NCBI GenBank assembly: GCA_038087875.1
Contig: JAXLNO010000510.1
Span: 1-38,859, forward strand
Length of the DNA stretch: 38,859 nucleotides
Source of the DNA: Malacoraja senta
Taxonomy: Eukaryota
Direction: 5' to 3'
Shown: in pieces, positions 23,878 to 35,430 of the stretch
How the letters are laid out: each line of letters opens with the position of its first letter
How positions within the stretch are numbered: the stretch's first letter is position 1
Program-made: the position numbers and the translations under genes
Notes under the pieces: generated by a model
What the model was told of the DNA's origin: nothing
Databases searched by the model: none
Seen by the model: only the letters and a program-made list of their open reading frames with translations

Positions 23878-24120
23878 TTCACTCAGAGAGTTGTGAGTCT
23901 GTGGAATTCCCTGCCTCAGAGGGCGGTGGAGGCCGGTTCTCTGGATGCTTTCAAGAGAGAGCTAGAGAGGGCTCTTAAAGATAGCAGAGTCAGGGGATAT
24001 GGGGGGAAGGCAGGAACGGGGTACTGATTGTGGATGATCAGCCATGATCACATTGAATGGCGGTGCTGGCTTGAAGGGCCGAATGGCCTACTCCTGCACC
24101 TATTGTCTATTGTCTATTGT
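23878..24120 (+). mobile_element. CR1-type LINE 3' fragment
   Basis: LWNSLPQRAVEA motif and (CTATTGT)n tail. Confidence 0.9.
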
Positions 24121-24860
24121 TACTGCAGTATTTGGTGTCTATCTTCAAAAAGATTGGGTAGCGTTTCAGGTTGGAACCCTTCTTCAGACTCCAGAACTAC
24201 TTTCAGTCCGAAGAGACCCCCCTTTACTGTCAGTCTGAAGAAGGGTCCTGACCCGAAACATCACCCACCCGTTTTCTTCAGAGATGCTGCCTGACCCACT
24301 GAGTTACCCAGTGGTACTTTCTGTATCTTCAGTATAAACCAGCATCTGCAGGTCCTTCCTGCACATCAAGGGCAACCTGTCTTTGGAATGATGCATTGGA
24401 GTCTTGGACCAGGAAGGACCAGTGGGCCCCACAACAGTCTCGCTCTCCCCTGCTACTCCATTAAAGTCAGCCTGGATTCATTCTGGTGAAGTTTGGACTA
24501 AAATGATCACCTTATTTGGGCAGGAAGGAAGTGCAGATGCTGGTTGACACTGAAGATAGACACAAAACACTGGAGTAACTCAGCGAATCAGGCAGCATCC
24601 CTGGAGAAAAGGCATGGGTGACAAGGAATGACTGAAAGAAGGGTCTTGACCCGAAACGTCACCCATTGCTTCTCTCCAGAGATGCTGCCTGTCCCGCTGA
24701 GTTACTCCAGCATTTTGTGTCCATCTTCAATATTCTCTGGGAGTAGAAGTGGGGGGCGGATCCGGAACCACAATGGCCGTGAGCCCCAGGCCGAGCTCGG
24801 CGATCGTTTACCTGCTTCTGCTGCTGTTGGAGGTGAGATGTTGGGTCGCGCCAGGGTCTT

Positions 24861-25053
24861 GGGCCTGTCCCACTTTGCCCGTCAGTTATGCGACAGGCTG
24901 TTGGCACGCGAAGATTTTGTTCGCTACAAAATTTCGGAGCCCCGTGCAATACAACTACATACCCCTCCGCGCTTCTCTGTGGGACCGGCCCCACGCGGCC
25001 ATACGATGCCCGTGCGCCTCAACGGCCAAGGACACGTAAGTGGGACAAGCCCT
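24861..25053. mobile_element. Harbinger-like MITE module
   Basis: GGGCCTGTCCCACTT ... AAGTGGGACAAGCCCT-TAA inverted ends; the right end matches 1-40. No TAA on the left, so it is probably part of a larger composite element starting near 24736. Confidence 0.65.
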
Positions 25054-25089
25054 TAAGGGATCAGTGCTACAGCGGGTGAGGGGAGGGGG

Positions 25090-25875
25090 ATCCAGGGAGA
25101 GCTATCTGACTGGATGGAGAAATGGCTTCATGGAAGGCGATGGTGGAAGGTTGCTTTTTGGACTGGAGGCTGTGACTAGTGATGTGCCTCAGGGATTGGT
25201 GCTGGGTCCATTACTGTTTGTGGTTGATACCATTGATTTGGATGAGGATGTCGAAGGTATGATTAGTAAGTTTGCTGATGACACTACAGTGGGAGGAGGT
25301 ATCATAGACAGCGAAGATGGTGATATAAAATTAACAGGATCGTATTCAGTTGGGCAACTGGGATGAGGAACAGATAATGGGACAATGCAAGTAAAATGGG
25401 GTGTTGCATTTTTGGAAGTCAAAGGGCCTTCACAGTGAATGGCGGGGCTCTGTGGAGTGTTGTAGGCCTGCATCTAGGCACAGAGTTTCTTTAAAAGTGG
25501 CGACACAGGTTGATGGTGCCAAGAAGGCTTTCAGCACATTGGCCATTGGTCAGGATATTGAGTATAGAAGTTGGGAGTCTATGTTACAGTTCAACAAGAC
25601 GTTCGTGAGGCTGCACGGAGTATTGTGATCAGTTTTGGTCACTCTTTAGGAAAAATGTCATTATAAAGAAAATAAATGCAGAGAGGATGTTGCCAGGACA
25701 AGAGCCTGAGCTCCAGGCAGTGGTTGAGTAGATTAACTATTGATTCATTGGAGCGCAGGAGGATGAAGGGTGATCTTCTAGAGGTGTATAAGGGGCATTG
25801 ATATGGTAGACACACAGAGTCGTTTACCCAGAGGGGAATCAATAACCGGGTGACATAGGTTTAAGGTGAGGAGTG
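25090..25875 (+). mobile_element. Degenerate CR1-type LINE RT region
   Basis: VTSDVPQGLVLGPLLF...ISKFADDT reverse-transcriptase motifs with multiple disruptions. Confidence 0.85.
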
Positions 25876-25952
25876 AAATGAGTGCGTGGCCAGGATGGTG
25901 TGGGTCTCTGATGATGCCGGCTGCCTTTTTGAGGCAGCGACTCCTGTAGATC

Positions 25953-26127
25953 CCTTCGATGGTGGGGAGGTCAGTACCCGTGATGGACCTTCGATGGTGG
26001 GGAGGTCAGTACCCGTGATGGACCTTCGATGGTGGGGAGGTCAGTACCTGTGTTGGACCTTCGATGGTGGGGAGGTCAGTACCTGTGTTGGACCTTCGAT
26101 GGTGGGGAGGTCAGTACCCGTGTTGGA
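25953..26127. repeat. 5 x 35-bp tandem repeat within a LINE remnant
   Basis: Unit CCTTCGATGGTGGGGAGGTCAGTACCCGTGATGGA, contiguous with no spacers. Confidence 0.95.
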
Positions 26128-26138
26128 CTGGGCAGTGT

Positions 26139-26611
26139 TTTTTTACTAAAAAAGAATGTATTAAATTATTTCAATACTATGTACAGTACGAACAAAACCC
26201 ACCACTGTAATACAAAATCACCCAATTATCTAAACAAATATTCTTAAATGTTACACTCTTCAACAACTATGTTACACTCCTTGTCAAGGATGTATTCCAC
26301 CCACCGTGATGCCCAGCGGTCCCGGAAATCTCCCAGGGCGCCCGTGGACAGCGTGTAGTCCCTCTCTAACACCACCTGGGCGCGGACGTAACCCCGGAAA
26401 AGGGGCAGGCAGCCGGCTCGGGCAGAGCCCTCCACCGCCTGGCGCTGTGACTCACGGATGGCCAGCTTGGCCGGGCCCAGGAGCAACCCAACCAGGACAT
26501 CTTCGGCCCTTCCCTCTCCCCTACGCACAGGGTGTCCAAAGATGAGGATGGTGGGTGTGAAGGGCAGCCAGAAGGCAAGGAGCAGCCCCTTTACATATTG
26601 GAACAGGGGCG
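26139..26611 (-). mobile_element. Tx1/L1-clade LINE 3' fragment
   Basis: PLFQYVKGLLLAFWLPFTPTILIFGHPV...LLLG.AKLAI...FRDRW motif, A-tail, and 15-bp duplication TGGAC(T/A)GGGCAGTGT (26124-26138, 26612-26626). Confidence 0.8.
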
Positions 26612-26644
26612 TGGACAGGGCAGTGTGTGGTGGGGAGGTCAGTA

Positions 26645-27064
26645 ACATAGAAACATAGAAAATAGGTGCAGGTGGAGGCCATTCGGCCCTTTGAGGCAGC
26701 ACCGCCATTCATTGTGATCATGGCTGATCGTCCCCTATCAGTAACCGGTGCCTACCTTCTCCCCATATCCCTTGACTCCACTAGCCCCTAGAGCTTTATC
26801 TAACTCTCTCTTAAATCCATCCAGTGACTTGGCCTCCACTGCCCTCTGTGGCAGGGAATTCCATAAATTCACAACTCTCTGGGTGAAAAAGTTTTTTCTC
26901 ACCTCAGTCTTAAATGACCTCCCCTTTATTCTAAGACTGTGACCCCTGGTTCTGGACTCGCCCAACATTGGGAACATGTTTCCTGCATCTAGCTTGTCCA
27001 GTCCTTTTATAATTTTATATGTTTCTATAAGATATCCCCTCATCCTTCTAAACTCCAGTGAATA
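26645..27064 (-). mobile_element. CR1-type LINE 3' fragment
   Basis: YSLEFRRMRG.LIETYKIIKGLDKLDAGNMFPMLGESRTRGHSLRIKG; splits a GGTCAGTA|CCCGTGATGGA repeat unit. Confidence 0.92.
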
Positions 27065-28650
27065 CCCGTGATGGACTGGGCAGTGTAACATAGAGAGTTA
27101 GACGCAGCTCTCTTCCCTCGGGCATGTCTCCTAGACTTATCCATCCCACCAATCCTATGGGTTTTGTTTGATTAAAACAAATCTCTGATGCGATGATGGT
27201 GTTAATGGAACTTATTGCTAGTCAGTCTTTTCCTTTTGAGAACACCCATGATGTGAGGCCTTGGGCACAGTCTGCTTGCACCTTATATAGAGCTGTTTGT
27301 GAACTCATTGTCAGTCAAGCAATTAATGAGGGAGGGAACTAGTCAGTGGAACAGATGCTGAGGTCAATTGGCTGCAGAAGCAGGCCTTCCAGCCAGAACC
27401 TCCCAATAGGAACCACACACTATTTTTACTAAATGATAATCCTGCACTATAATCCTGATCTTTTATCCTCCTTCACCACACATGGAGACGTTGGTTCAGT
27501 CTGAAGAAGAGTCTCAACCCGAAACTTCACCTACTCCTTCTCTCCAGAGATGCTGCCTGTCCCGCTGAGTTACTCCGGCATTATGTGTCTATCTTTGCTT
27601 CTCATTGTTCCTGCTGCAGCCTTACTGTATCCAATAGGTGACCACGGCCTTCTGGCCCCTACCCAGTGCTGACCCTTGCTCACGTCGCATTTCAGCGGGC
27701 AGTGCAGATACCACTGAAACATAGACAATAGGTGCAGGAGTCGGCCATTCGGCCCTTCGAGCCAGCACTGCCATGGCTGATCATCCAGAATCAGTACCCC
27801 GTTCCTGCTTTCTCCCCATATCCTTTGATTCCATTAGCCCTAAGAGCTCTATCTAACTCTCTCTTGAAAACATCCAGTGAATTGGCCTCCACAGATTCAC
27901 AACTCTCTGGGTGAAAACGTTTTTCCTCATCTCAGTCCTAAATGACTGCAGGACTTGTGCAGGGCTGCAGTTACCAGGGCTGCAGGCTGCAGGCTGCAGT
28001 TGCCATGGGGCTGAGTCAATGCTGACGATGCTACCAGTTGGATGGAAAAGATCTCATGCCAATTTTCCAAAGGTTTGGTTGTTTCCCAGATCGTTGCTCA
28101 TCTCAATGAGGATGATTAGGAGAAGGATTGGCCTTTCATGTGCAGTATATAAACAGGCAGGTGGTGCTCTCGTAGCTGGGACATGTTGGCTGGTGTGGGC
28201 AAGTTGGGCCGAAGGGCCTGTTTCCACTCTGTACAGACAGCACCCGTAGTCAGGATCGAACCTGGGTCTCTGGCGCTGTAAGGCAGCAACTCTACCGCTG
28301 TGCCACTGTGCTGCCAACTAGTTTGCTCTGGTTAGATCCTTTGCAAGTGGTGGCTGTGTGCACACATTTGTCCCGTAACAATCAAACCTGTCCAATTTGG
28401 TCAATTTAAATCTGTGTCCTTGACCCCTGCAATTTATTGTGCTGACTCACAGTATCAGTTTGCTGTGAAGGGTACAATGGCTGGTTACAGCCCCCTTGTA
28501 GTTGACACTGTCCTGACACAGACTCCCTCCTGCAGTGACATCTCCAGAGCGGGTCCCCCACACATCCACACATGCCTCACTCCCCACCTCTCGCATCTGT
28601 GAGCACAGCAAGGCTGAGAGTTGTCAACACTGTGTGTGTGGGAAGGAACT

Positions 28651-28788
28651 CCTTCTTCTTGCCAATGGCCTGCAAAGCCCAAAGTTGTAGGTCAACTTGT
28701 TGTATATGATCTATTTGTTTGTGCACGTCAGGTTGTTTGCATTAGTCGAAACAGGGTGGACCACGTGAAGGTTGCAATCTCCCACCCC
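28651..28788 (-). mobile_element. 138-bp non-autonomous retroelement (Ingi/Vingi-related SINE candidate)
   Basis: Exact 11-bp TSD GGGAAGGAACT (28640-28650, 28789-28799), 3' AAGAAGAAG tail, no tRNA head, and an HDV-like fold at the 5' end. Confidence 0.85.
28737..28788 (-). ncRNA. Minimal HDV/CPEB3-like self-cleaving ribozyme (predicted)
   Basis: GGGGUGG GAGA UUGCA ACC UUCACGU GGU CCACCCU GU UUCGA CUAA UGCAA: P1 7 bp with G1-U wobble, P2 5 bp, P3 3 bp, L3 UUCACGU, J4/2 C-U-A-A. Confidence 0.8.
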
Positions 28789-28849
28789 GGGAAGGAACTG
28801 CAGGTGCTGGTTTAAACCGAAGATAGACACAAAATGCTGGAGTAGCTCA

Positions 28850-29135
28850 GCGCGGTGGCGCAGCGGTAGAGTTGCTACCTTACAGCGGATGCAGCGCTGG
28901 AGACCCAGGTTCAATCTCAACTACGGGTGCTGTCTGTACAGAGTTTGTGCGTTCTCCCTGTGACTGCGTGGGTTTTCTACGAGATCTTCGGTTTCCTCCC
29001 ACACTCCAAAGACGTACAGGTCTGTAGGTTTATTGGCTTGGTAAAATGTAAAAATTGTCCCTAGTGTGTGTAGGATAGTGGGCCCAGTGGGCTGAAGTGC
29101 CTGTTTCCGCGCTGAATCTCGAAACTAAATTAAAC
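28850..29135 (+). mobile_element. HE1/V-SINE-type SINE
   Basis: GGTGGCGCAGCGGTAGAGTTGC head, core and tail. Confidence 0.88.
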
Positions 29136-30184
29136 TTTAAATATACGAAATTCAGCGGATCAGGCAGCATCTCCGGAGAAAAAGAATGGGTGACTGAGAG
29201 TTCGGGGAAAGAGAAACGAGAGATATGAAAAGGTACATAGAACAAATTAATGAAAGATATGCAAAGGACAGATCAAAGGCAGCAATGATGATCATGGAAA
29301 GTGTGATTGGTGTGGAGAGGTACTTGATGCCTGGCATGGACATGATGGGCCGAAGGGCTTGTTTCCATGCTGTGTGACGTGCCTCTATCATTAGTGGTTT
29401 ATTATCACCTGTAACGAGATACAGTGATGATGTTTGCTTGCGTGCTATGCTGGCTAATCAGACCATGAATGAGTAAAATAAGTCTGAAGAAGGGTCTCGA
29501 CCCAAAACGTCAGCCATTCCTTCTCTCCAGAGAACTTCATCAACCTAGAAGATCAGACAGGAACACATCCGCTGCTCCACACAACTCTGTGTTCAGCCTG
29601 TTTTATTATCAATGATGTGTAGGAAGGAACTGCAGATGCTGGTTTAAACCGAAGATAGACAATAAAAGCTGGAGTAACTCAGCGGGACAGGCAGCATCTC
29701 TGGAGAGAAGGAATGGGTGACGTTTCGGGTCGAGAAAAACATCTGGTTATTATCTATGATGCCAGTGTCAGCCCCTGACCAAGAATAAGGGTGATATTAA
29801 AAGATAGACAACAAAACTGGAGTAACTCAGCGGGTCAGGCACCATCTCTGGAGAAACCTTCTCTGGAGAAGTTTCAGGTCAAGGCCCTCCTTCAGGCTCG
29901 ATAGTCTTGACCCGAAACATCACCCATTTCTTCTCTCCAGGGATGCTGTCTGACCCGCTGTGTTACTCCAGCATTTTGTGTCTATCTTTGGTTTAAACCA
30001 GCATCTGCAGTTCTTTCCTACACATGAGAACAATAATAATGTACTTAAGTCTCATATTGGGGAGAGTCAAGCTTGAGGTTTGGAACGATTTAATTTGGCA
30101 TCAACTTTGTCTGATGTAGTGGTTTTTATGCTCTGTGGTAAAGAGGCCCTGAGAGACGTTGGTTTAGTTTAGTTTAGGCATTAA

Positions 30185-31512
30185 AGGGCCTGTCCCACTG
30201 TACGAGGTAACTCAAGAATTCTCCCGAGTTTTCCCCTGATTCGAACCCGGAGAATAATAATAATAATAGATTTTATTTATATAGCGCTTTTCAGGACTCA
30301 AAGTCGCTTTACAAAATAGAGCAGTAAGACAGAGGGGAGGGGAACATGGGACTAAGGGTATGCAGAGGTGAAGAGATGGGTCTTGAGGTGGGACTGGAAG
30401 ATGGTGAGGGACTCAGAATTTCGGACCGGTTGTGGAGGGAATTCCAGAGCCTGGGAGCTGCCCTGGAGAAGGCTCTGCCTCCAAAAGTGCAGAGGTTTGA
30501 TTTCGGAGTGGAGAGGAGACCGGCTGATGTGGATCTGAGGGACCGTGAGGGTTGGTAGGGGGAGAGGAGGTCAGTGAGATAAGGGGGTGGCCAGGTTGTT
30601 GAGGGCTTTGTAGGTGAGGACCAGGGTTTTGTAGGTGATCCGGTGGGAAATGGGAAGCCAGTGAAGTTCTTTGAGAACTGGGGTGATGTGGTGCCAGGAT
30701 TTGGTGTGGGTAATGAGTCGAGCGGCTGCATTTTGGACCAGTTGGAGTCGGTTGATGCTGCTGGAATTGATTCCGAAAAGAAGAGAGTTACAGTAGTCCA
30801 GTCGGGAGGAGATGAAGGCATGGATGAGTCTTTCAGCAGCGGGGGGTGTGAGAGAGGATCTGATTTTTGCAATGTTGCGGAGGTGAAAAAATGATGTTTT
30901 GACAACATGGCGGATGTGAGGCTCAAGGGAGAGGGTTGAGTCAAAGATCATGCCAAGGTTGCGTGCCTGAGGAGATGGGGAGACAGTGGTGCCGTCGATA
31001 GTGAGAGTGGGGTTGTTAATTTTAGTGAGTGTTGATTTGGAGCCAATGAGGAGAAATTCTGTTTTTTTGACCTGTTTAATTTAAGGAAGTTGAGTTGCAT
31101 CCAAGATTTGATGGCTGATAGGCAGGAGTTGATATGGGAGAGAGGGGGGTGGTGGGGGGACTTGGTGCTGAGATAGATCTGGGTGTCATCAGCATAGCAG
31201 TGGAAGTCCAGGTTGAAGTCCAGGTTGAATGTCCATAGCGGGTCCGTAGGAGTTCGTGAATGTCCCGTAGCGGCTCGTACAAGTAACGGTAGGCACTGGG
31301 AAATCCGGTAAACTCCTGACGTTTTTTCAACACTGAAAAATGTCCACGAGTAAAAAAATACTCGTGATGAAAAAAATGGTTACTTTTTATTGTACGAGCC
31401 GCTACGAGACATCCACGATCTCCTATGGACCCGCTACGGACATTCTCCGAGTTCGAATCAGGGGAAAACTCGGGAGAACTCTTGAATTACCTCGTACAGT
31501 GGGACAGGCCCT
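30185..31512. mobile_element. Harbinger/PIF-like MITE (~350 bp native) carrying an L2 insertion
   Basis: TAA duplication (30182-30184, 31513-31515); termini AGGGCCTGTCCCAC/GTGGGACAGGCCCT; inverted arms of about 125 bp once the L2 is removed. Confidence 0.88.
30256..31226 (-). mobile_element. 5'-truncated L2-clade LINE
   Basis: FHCYADDTQIY, HAFISSRLDYCNSL, LQLVQNAAARL, HITPVLKELHWLPI and SRSLRS motifs; (ATT)n tail; GAAT on both sides. Confidence 0.93.
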
Positions 31513-31744
31513 TAAGGCAGTGGCTAAGAGAGAGCCCCAGAGATGTAACTAGACTTCCTTCACCCATCGAGTTGATCCCAGCCCCCGGCTGTGGTCTTTG
31601 TCATGTTGCTCCATGTTCTTGTCAAAATGCCTCATACGCAGGGAGTTTCTGCTTCCAAACTCCCTCATGTTGAAGAGACGTCTCCCTCAAAATACCTGGG
31701 CCAGCATTGATCAGCTTGGAGCTCTGTCCTGCCCCCACCCATCA

Positions 31745-32140
31745 CGTCCCCTGCCACCCCACCCCCTCCCCTATCCTCCCTGTTCCTTCCCTGCCACCTC
31801 TCCTTTGCTGCCCCCTGTCCCCTCATCCCCTGCCCTATCTTCTTTTCATCTCTGCCGCCTCCCTTCTCCTCTCCTCCCTGCCCCCTCCCATCCTGTCCCT
31901 TCCCTGCCCCTCTTAGGCTGCTTCCTGCCCCTTTCCCTCGCCTGCCCCCTCTCCTGCCTGCCCTATCCCCTGCCCCTGCCCCTCTCCTCCTGCCTTGGTC
32001 CTCCCTGCTCCACCCTCTTTCCTCTCCTCCTGTGCCCTCCAATGCTGCCTGACTTGCTGAGTTACTCCAGCATTTTGTGTCTACCCCCCTGCCCTTACTC
32101 TCCCCTGCCCCACCCTCTCCCTCCCCCTTCCCACTCCTGC
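31745..32140. repeat. C/T-rich low-complexity tract
   Basis: Repeated CCCTGCCCC/CCTCTCC motifs. Confidence 0.85.
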
Positions 32141-32619
32141 TGTCCAGGCAGGGTGACAGATGCCTGTGGCTGGGCTCAGCATTGGCAGGAAGGTTGGCTT
32201 TTGCCTGGTAGCCGTTCCCCACTCATGGAGTTGTGGCGCTGATCCAGAATGTGGCACCAACCCCGCTGACGTCCCCTTGCTCTTCTTCTGGCAACGCAAG
32301 AAAATAAACTGCAAAACTAGTAACAGGCACAATCCTGTCAACTATATTAAGGCATGGATTTGTGAACTACCTGCAGGGCAGTGCAGCAGCCAGCCCGCCC
32401 GGCCAGCGTGGGCTTGTGATGGGACAGTGGTGGAGGTGGACATATACAACGAGGCCGGCCGGCAGGCTCAGGAACGAGTGAGGGAAGAGCACAGCTCTGC
32501 TGATCGTTGGAGGGGAGAGAGGGGAGGGGACGAGAGAGGGAGGGGGGGAGGGACAGGGAGGGCAGGCAGTATGAGCTGGTTTGGCCAAGAGACAGGGTGG
32601 GTTTGTGTTCCAATACAAA

Positions 32620-32855
32620 TGTTCAGGGACAGTTTCTTCCCAGCTGTTATCCGGCAATGGAACCATCCTACCACAACCAGAGAGCAGCGCTGACCCACTA
32701 TCTACCTCTTTGGTGACCCTCGGACCCTTATCATGTATCTATCTATACACTGTGAATAGCTAAATTGTGATCACGTATTGTCCTTCCGCTGACTGGATAG
32801 CAAGCAACAAAAGCTTTTCACTGTACCTCGACACTTGACAATAAACTAAACTGAA
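32620..32855 (+). mobile_element. Rex1/Babar-type LINE 3' end
   Basis: FRDSFFPAVIR motif plus the shared 3' UTR. Confidence 0.75.
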
Positions 32856-33219
32856 CCGACAAAAGGACAGAAAGTGCAGGAGTAACTGAGAGGGTCAGGC
32901 AGCATCTCTGGAGTACATGATGTTTCTGGTCGGGACCCTTCTCCGGACTGATTGCAGGGAGGAAGGGGAAGAAAGCTGGAAGAGAGGAGGGGCCTGGATG
33001 AAGGGCTGCAGGTAACAAGGTGATAGAAGCAGAGAGCAGCTGGAACGACAGCGAGGGAGCAATGAGAGAGAGTCTTGTTGCCACCACAATGCTTGTTAGT
33101 ATCACAGGTCCCACCAACGCTGCCATCTTCCCCCAATCCCAACCCGCCACTCCCTCAGCCTCCTCTTCCCTCTGACCCTAGCCCACCTGCTCCCCCAGAA
33201 CCAGCTCAACAGCCCCTGG

Positions 33220-33672
33220 GGCAGCACGGTGGTGCAGCGGTAGAGTGGCTGCCTTTTGGCAACAGAGTCCTGGTTCGATTCTGACTACGGGTGCTGTCTG
33301 TATGGAGTTTGTACATTCGCCCCCATGACCGCATGGGTTTTCTCCCAGTATTCCTGTTTCTTCCCACACTCCAAAGACTTGTAGGTTTGTAGGTTAATTG
33401 GCTTTGGTGAAATTATTTTAGTTTAGTTTAGATATACAGCGCGGAAACAGGCCCTTTGGCCCATCTAGTCTGTGCCAACCAACAATCCCTACACACTAAC
33501 ACTTGTACATACACTTGGGACAGTTTACAATTAACCTACATACCTGTACGTCTCGAAAAGGTTTGCAGGATAGTACACACTATTATACGGAGATCGCTGG
33601 TCAGCATGGCCTCGCTGGGCCGAAGGGCCTGTTTCTGTGCTGTATCTCTAAACTAAAATAAACTAAAAAAAA
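33220..33672 (+). mobile_element. HE1/V-SINE-type SINE with an internal inverted SINE fragment
   Basis: Plus-strand head and core to ~33412, minus-strand tail fragment ~33415-33552, plus-strand tail resumes. Confidence 0.75.
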
Positions 33673-34432
33673 CTATGAATGCCCCCCCCCCCCCCCACCG
33701 TAACCTGTCCCGATTCACATCCCCACCTCCCCTCGTTGCCTCTCCTCTCCAGTTTACCCCAACGTTGGATAATAATCACCCTCAACTCTGCACAGTTGGA
33801 GAAATGGAACTGGTCCACGACAACGCTGAGTATTCTGCACTCAGTATCTTCCCCTTCGCTCGTCCACTTGTACTTGAGCTTGGTTGATTGTATTTATGCG
33901 CGGGATTATCACATCTGTGTGGAGAACGCTGTGTTTCACCGTACATCATATTGATGAAAGCCGTTCTCATATCAGTCACATCGTTGGTTTCCAGTTGCCT
34001 TACAGATGGGAGCAGTGAGCCACTGTTCTCTGTCAAAGCAAGCGGATTGTGTAACACTGACATCCGCTGACCTTCTGCTCCCACTGCAGCTCTGTTTAAA
34101 GTACGTCCAATTTCTCAGTCTCCACACGGACCCAGAGCCCCCATTCCTGGCACCATTCCCGCCAACCTCCTCCCTGCTTTTGTTCTCCCGGTCATTCCAG
34201 AGTGCGACCCCTGGCATGTGTCATGATTCTCTCCCCAGTTGCACCGTGCTTTGTGACACCTCTCTGTCGGTCGCTTGGTCCATTTGTGCCCCTAGATTTA
34301 GCTGATTCAGTGTTTGTGTAGTTTCACCAACGTGTGGCCTGGACTCTCTGCTTCACCGCTCAGTTACGATCACCTCCCTCCTTGGTCATGTGCTCAGTGG
34401 CGGGGTCCCTCCATAACTTTCCAGCTCCTTCG

Positions 34433-35430
34433 TAGCTTCAACCCAACGGTATGAACGTTGAATTCTCCAATTGGGGTAACCTCAAACTAAACAGCTCCTC
34501 CCCACCCTCGCCCCCTCCCCCCCACCTCTCTACCCCCCCCACCCACATTTCCCCACCCTCCCCCCACCTCTCTCCCCCCCACCTCCCCCCTCCCCCCACC
34601 TCTCTCCCCCCCCAGCTTTCTTCCCTCCCCCCACCTCTCTCCCCCCCACCTCTTTCCCCCCACATTTCTCCCCACCCCCCATCTTTCTACCCCTCCCCCC
34701 ACCTCTCCCCCCCACCTTTCTCCCCCTCCCCCACCTTTCTCCCCTCCCCCCAACCTTCTCCCCCTCCCCCCATCTTTCTCACCCTCCCCCCCCCCATCTC
34801 CCCTCCCCCATCTTTCTCCCCCTCCCCCCACCTTTCTTCCCCTCCCCCCATCTTTCTCCCCCCACGTCCCCCCCCCCACTCTCCCCCCTCCCCCACCTTT
34901 CCCCACCTTTCCCCCCACCCCTCCTTTCACCCCCCCCCACCTTTCTCCCCCCATATTTCTTTCCCCCCACCCATCTTTCCCCCACTCCCCCCACCTTTCT
35001 TCCCCCTCCCCCCATCTTTCTCCCCCCCACGCCCCCCCCCCACCTTTCTCCCCCCCTCCCCCACCTTTCCCCACCTTTCCCCCCCTCCCCCACCTTTCTT
35101 CCCCCTCCCCCACCTTCCTCCACCTTTCCCCCTCCCTCATGGGACGCACCAGCATCTTCCCCACCGCTACTCTCCTCCCTCTGATTTCACCAATCACGAC
35201 TCTTCAATTCTGTCTCGCACCTGCTTTTGTCTCAAGCCTCTGTTCTAACCATGTGCCTATCACACCCCCCCTGTCCTGCGTCCACCATACCTTGTCCTGC
35301 CTCGTCCCTCTTTCAGCTTCCCCCCCCCCCCCCCCACCACAACGTCTGGAAAATGCATTCAACCTGCAACGTCACCTCTCCATGTTTTCCAGAGATGTAG
35401 CCTGACCTGCTGACTTACTCCAACTTTGTG
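34433..35430 (+). mobile_element. Penelope-like 3' region containing an expanded C-rich tract
   Basis: LQPNGMNVEFSN ORF-end remnant at 34433-34479 and a degenerate terminal module at ~35345-35430. Confidence 0.6.
34497..35137. repeat. C-rich low-complexity/minisatellite-like tract
   Basis: Repeated CCCCCACCTTTCTCCCC-like units. Confidence 0.95.

Noticed and set aside
24773..24838. Signal-peptide-like first exon MAVSPRPSSAIVYLLLLLLE|GTGAGA with an upstream GC box
   Set aside because: It is sandwiched between a Penelope-derived module and a Harbinger-like module and continuous with their CpG-rich sequence, so it is probably internal to a composite repeat. No downstream exon was found. A copy-number BLAST would settle it.
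25953..26127. CRISPR-like 35-bp repeats
   Set aside because: Units are contiguous with no unique spacers, there are no cas genes, and the context is vertebrate.
34451..35248. 265-aa proline-rich extensin-like ORF and antisense Gly-rich ORFs
   Set aside because: C-rich low-complexity DNA within a Penelope-like remnant.
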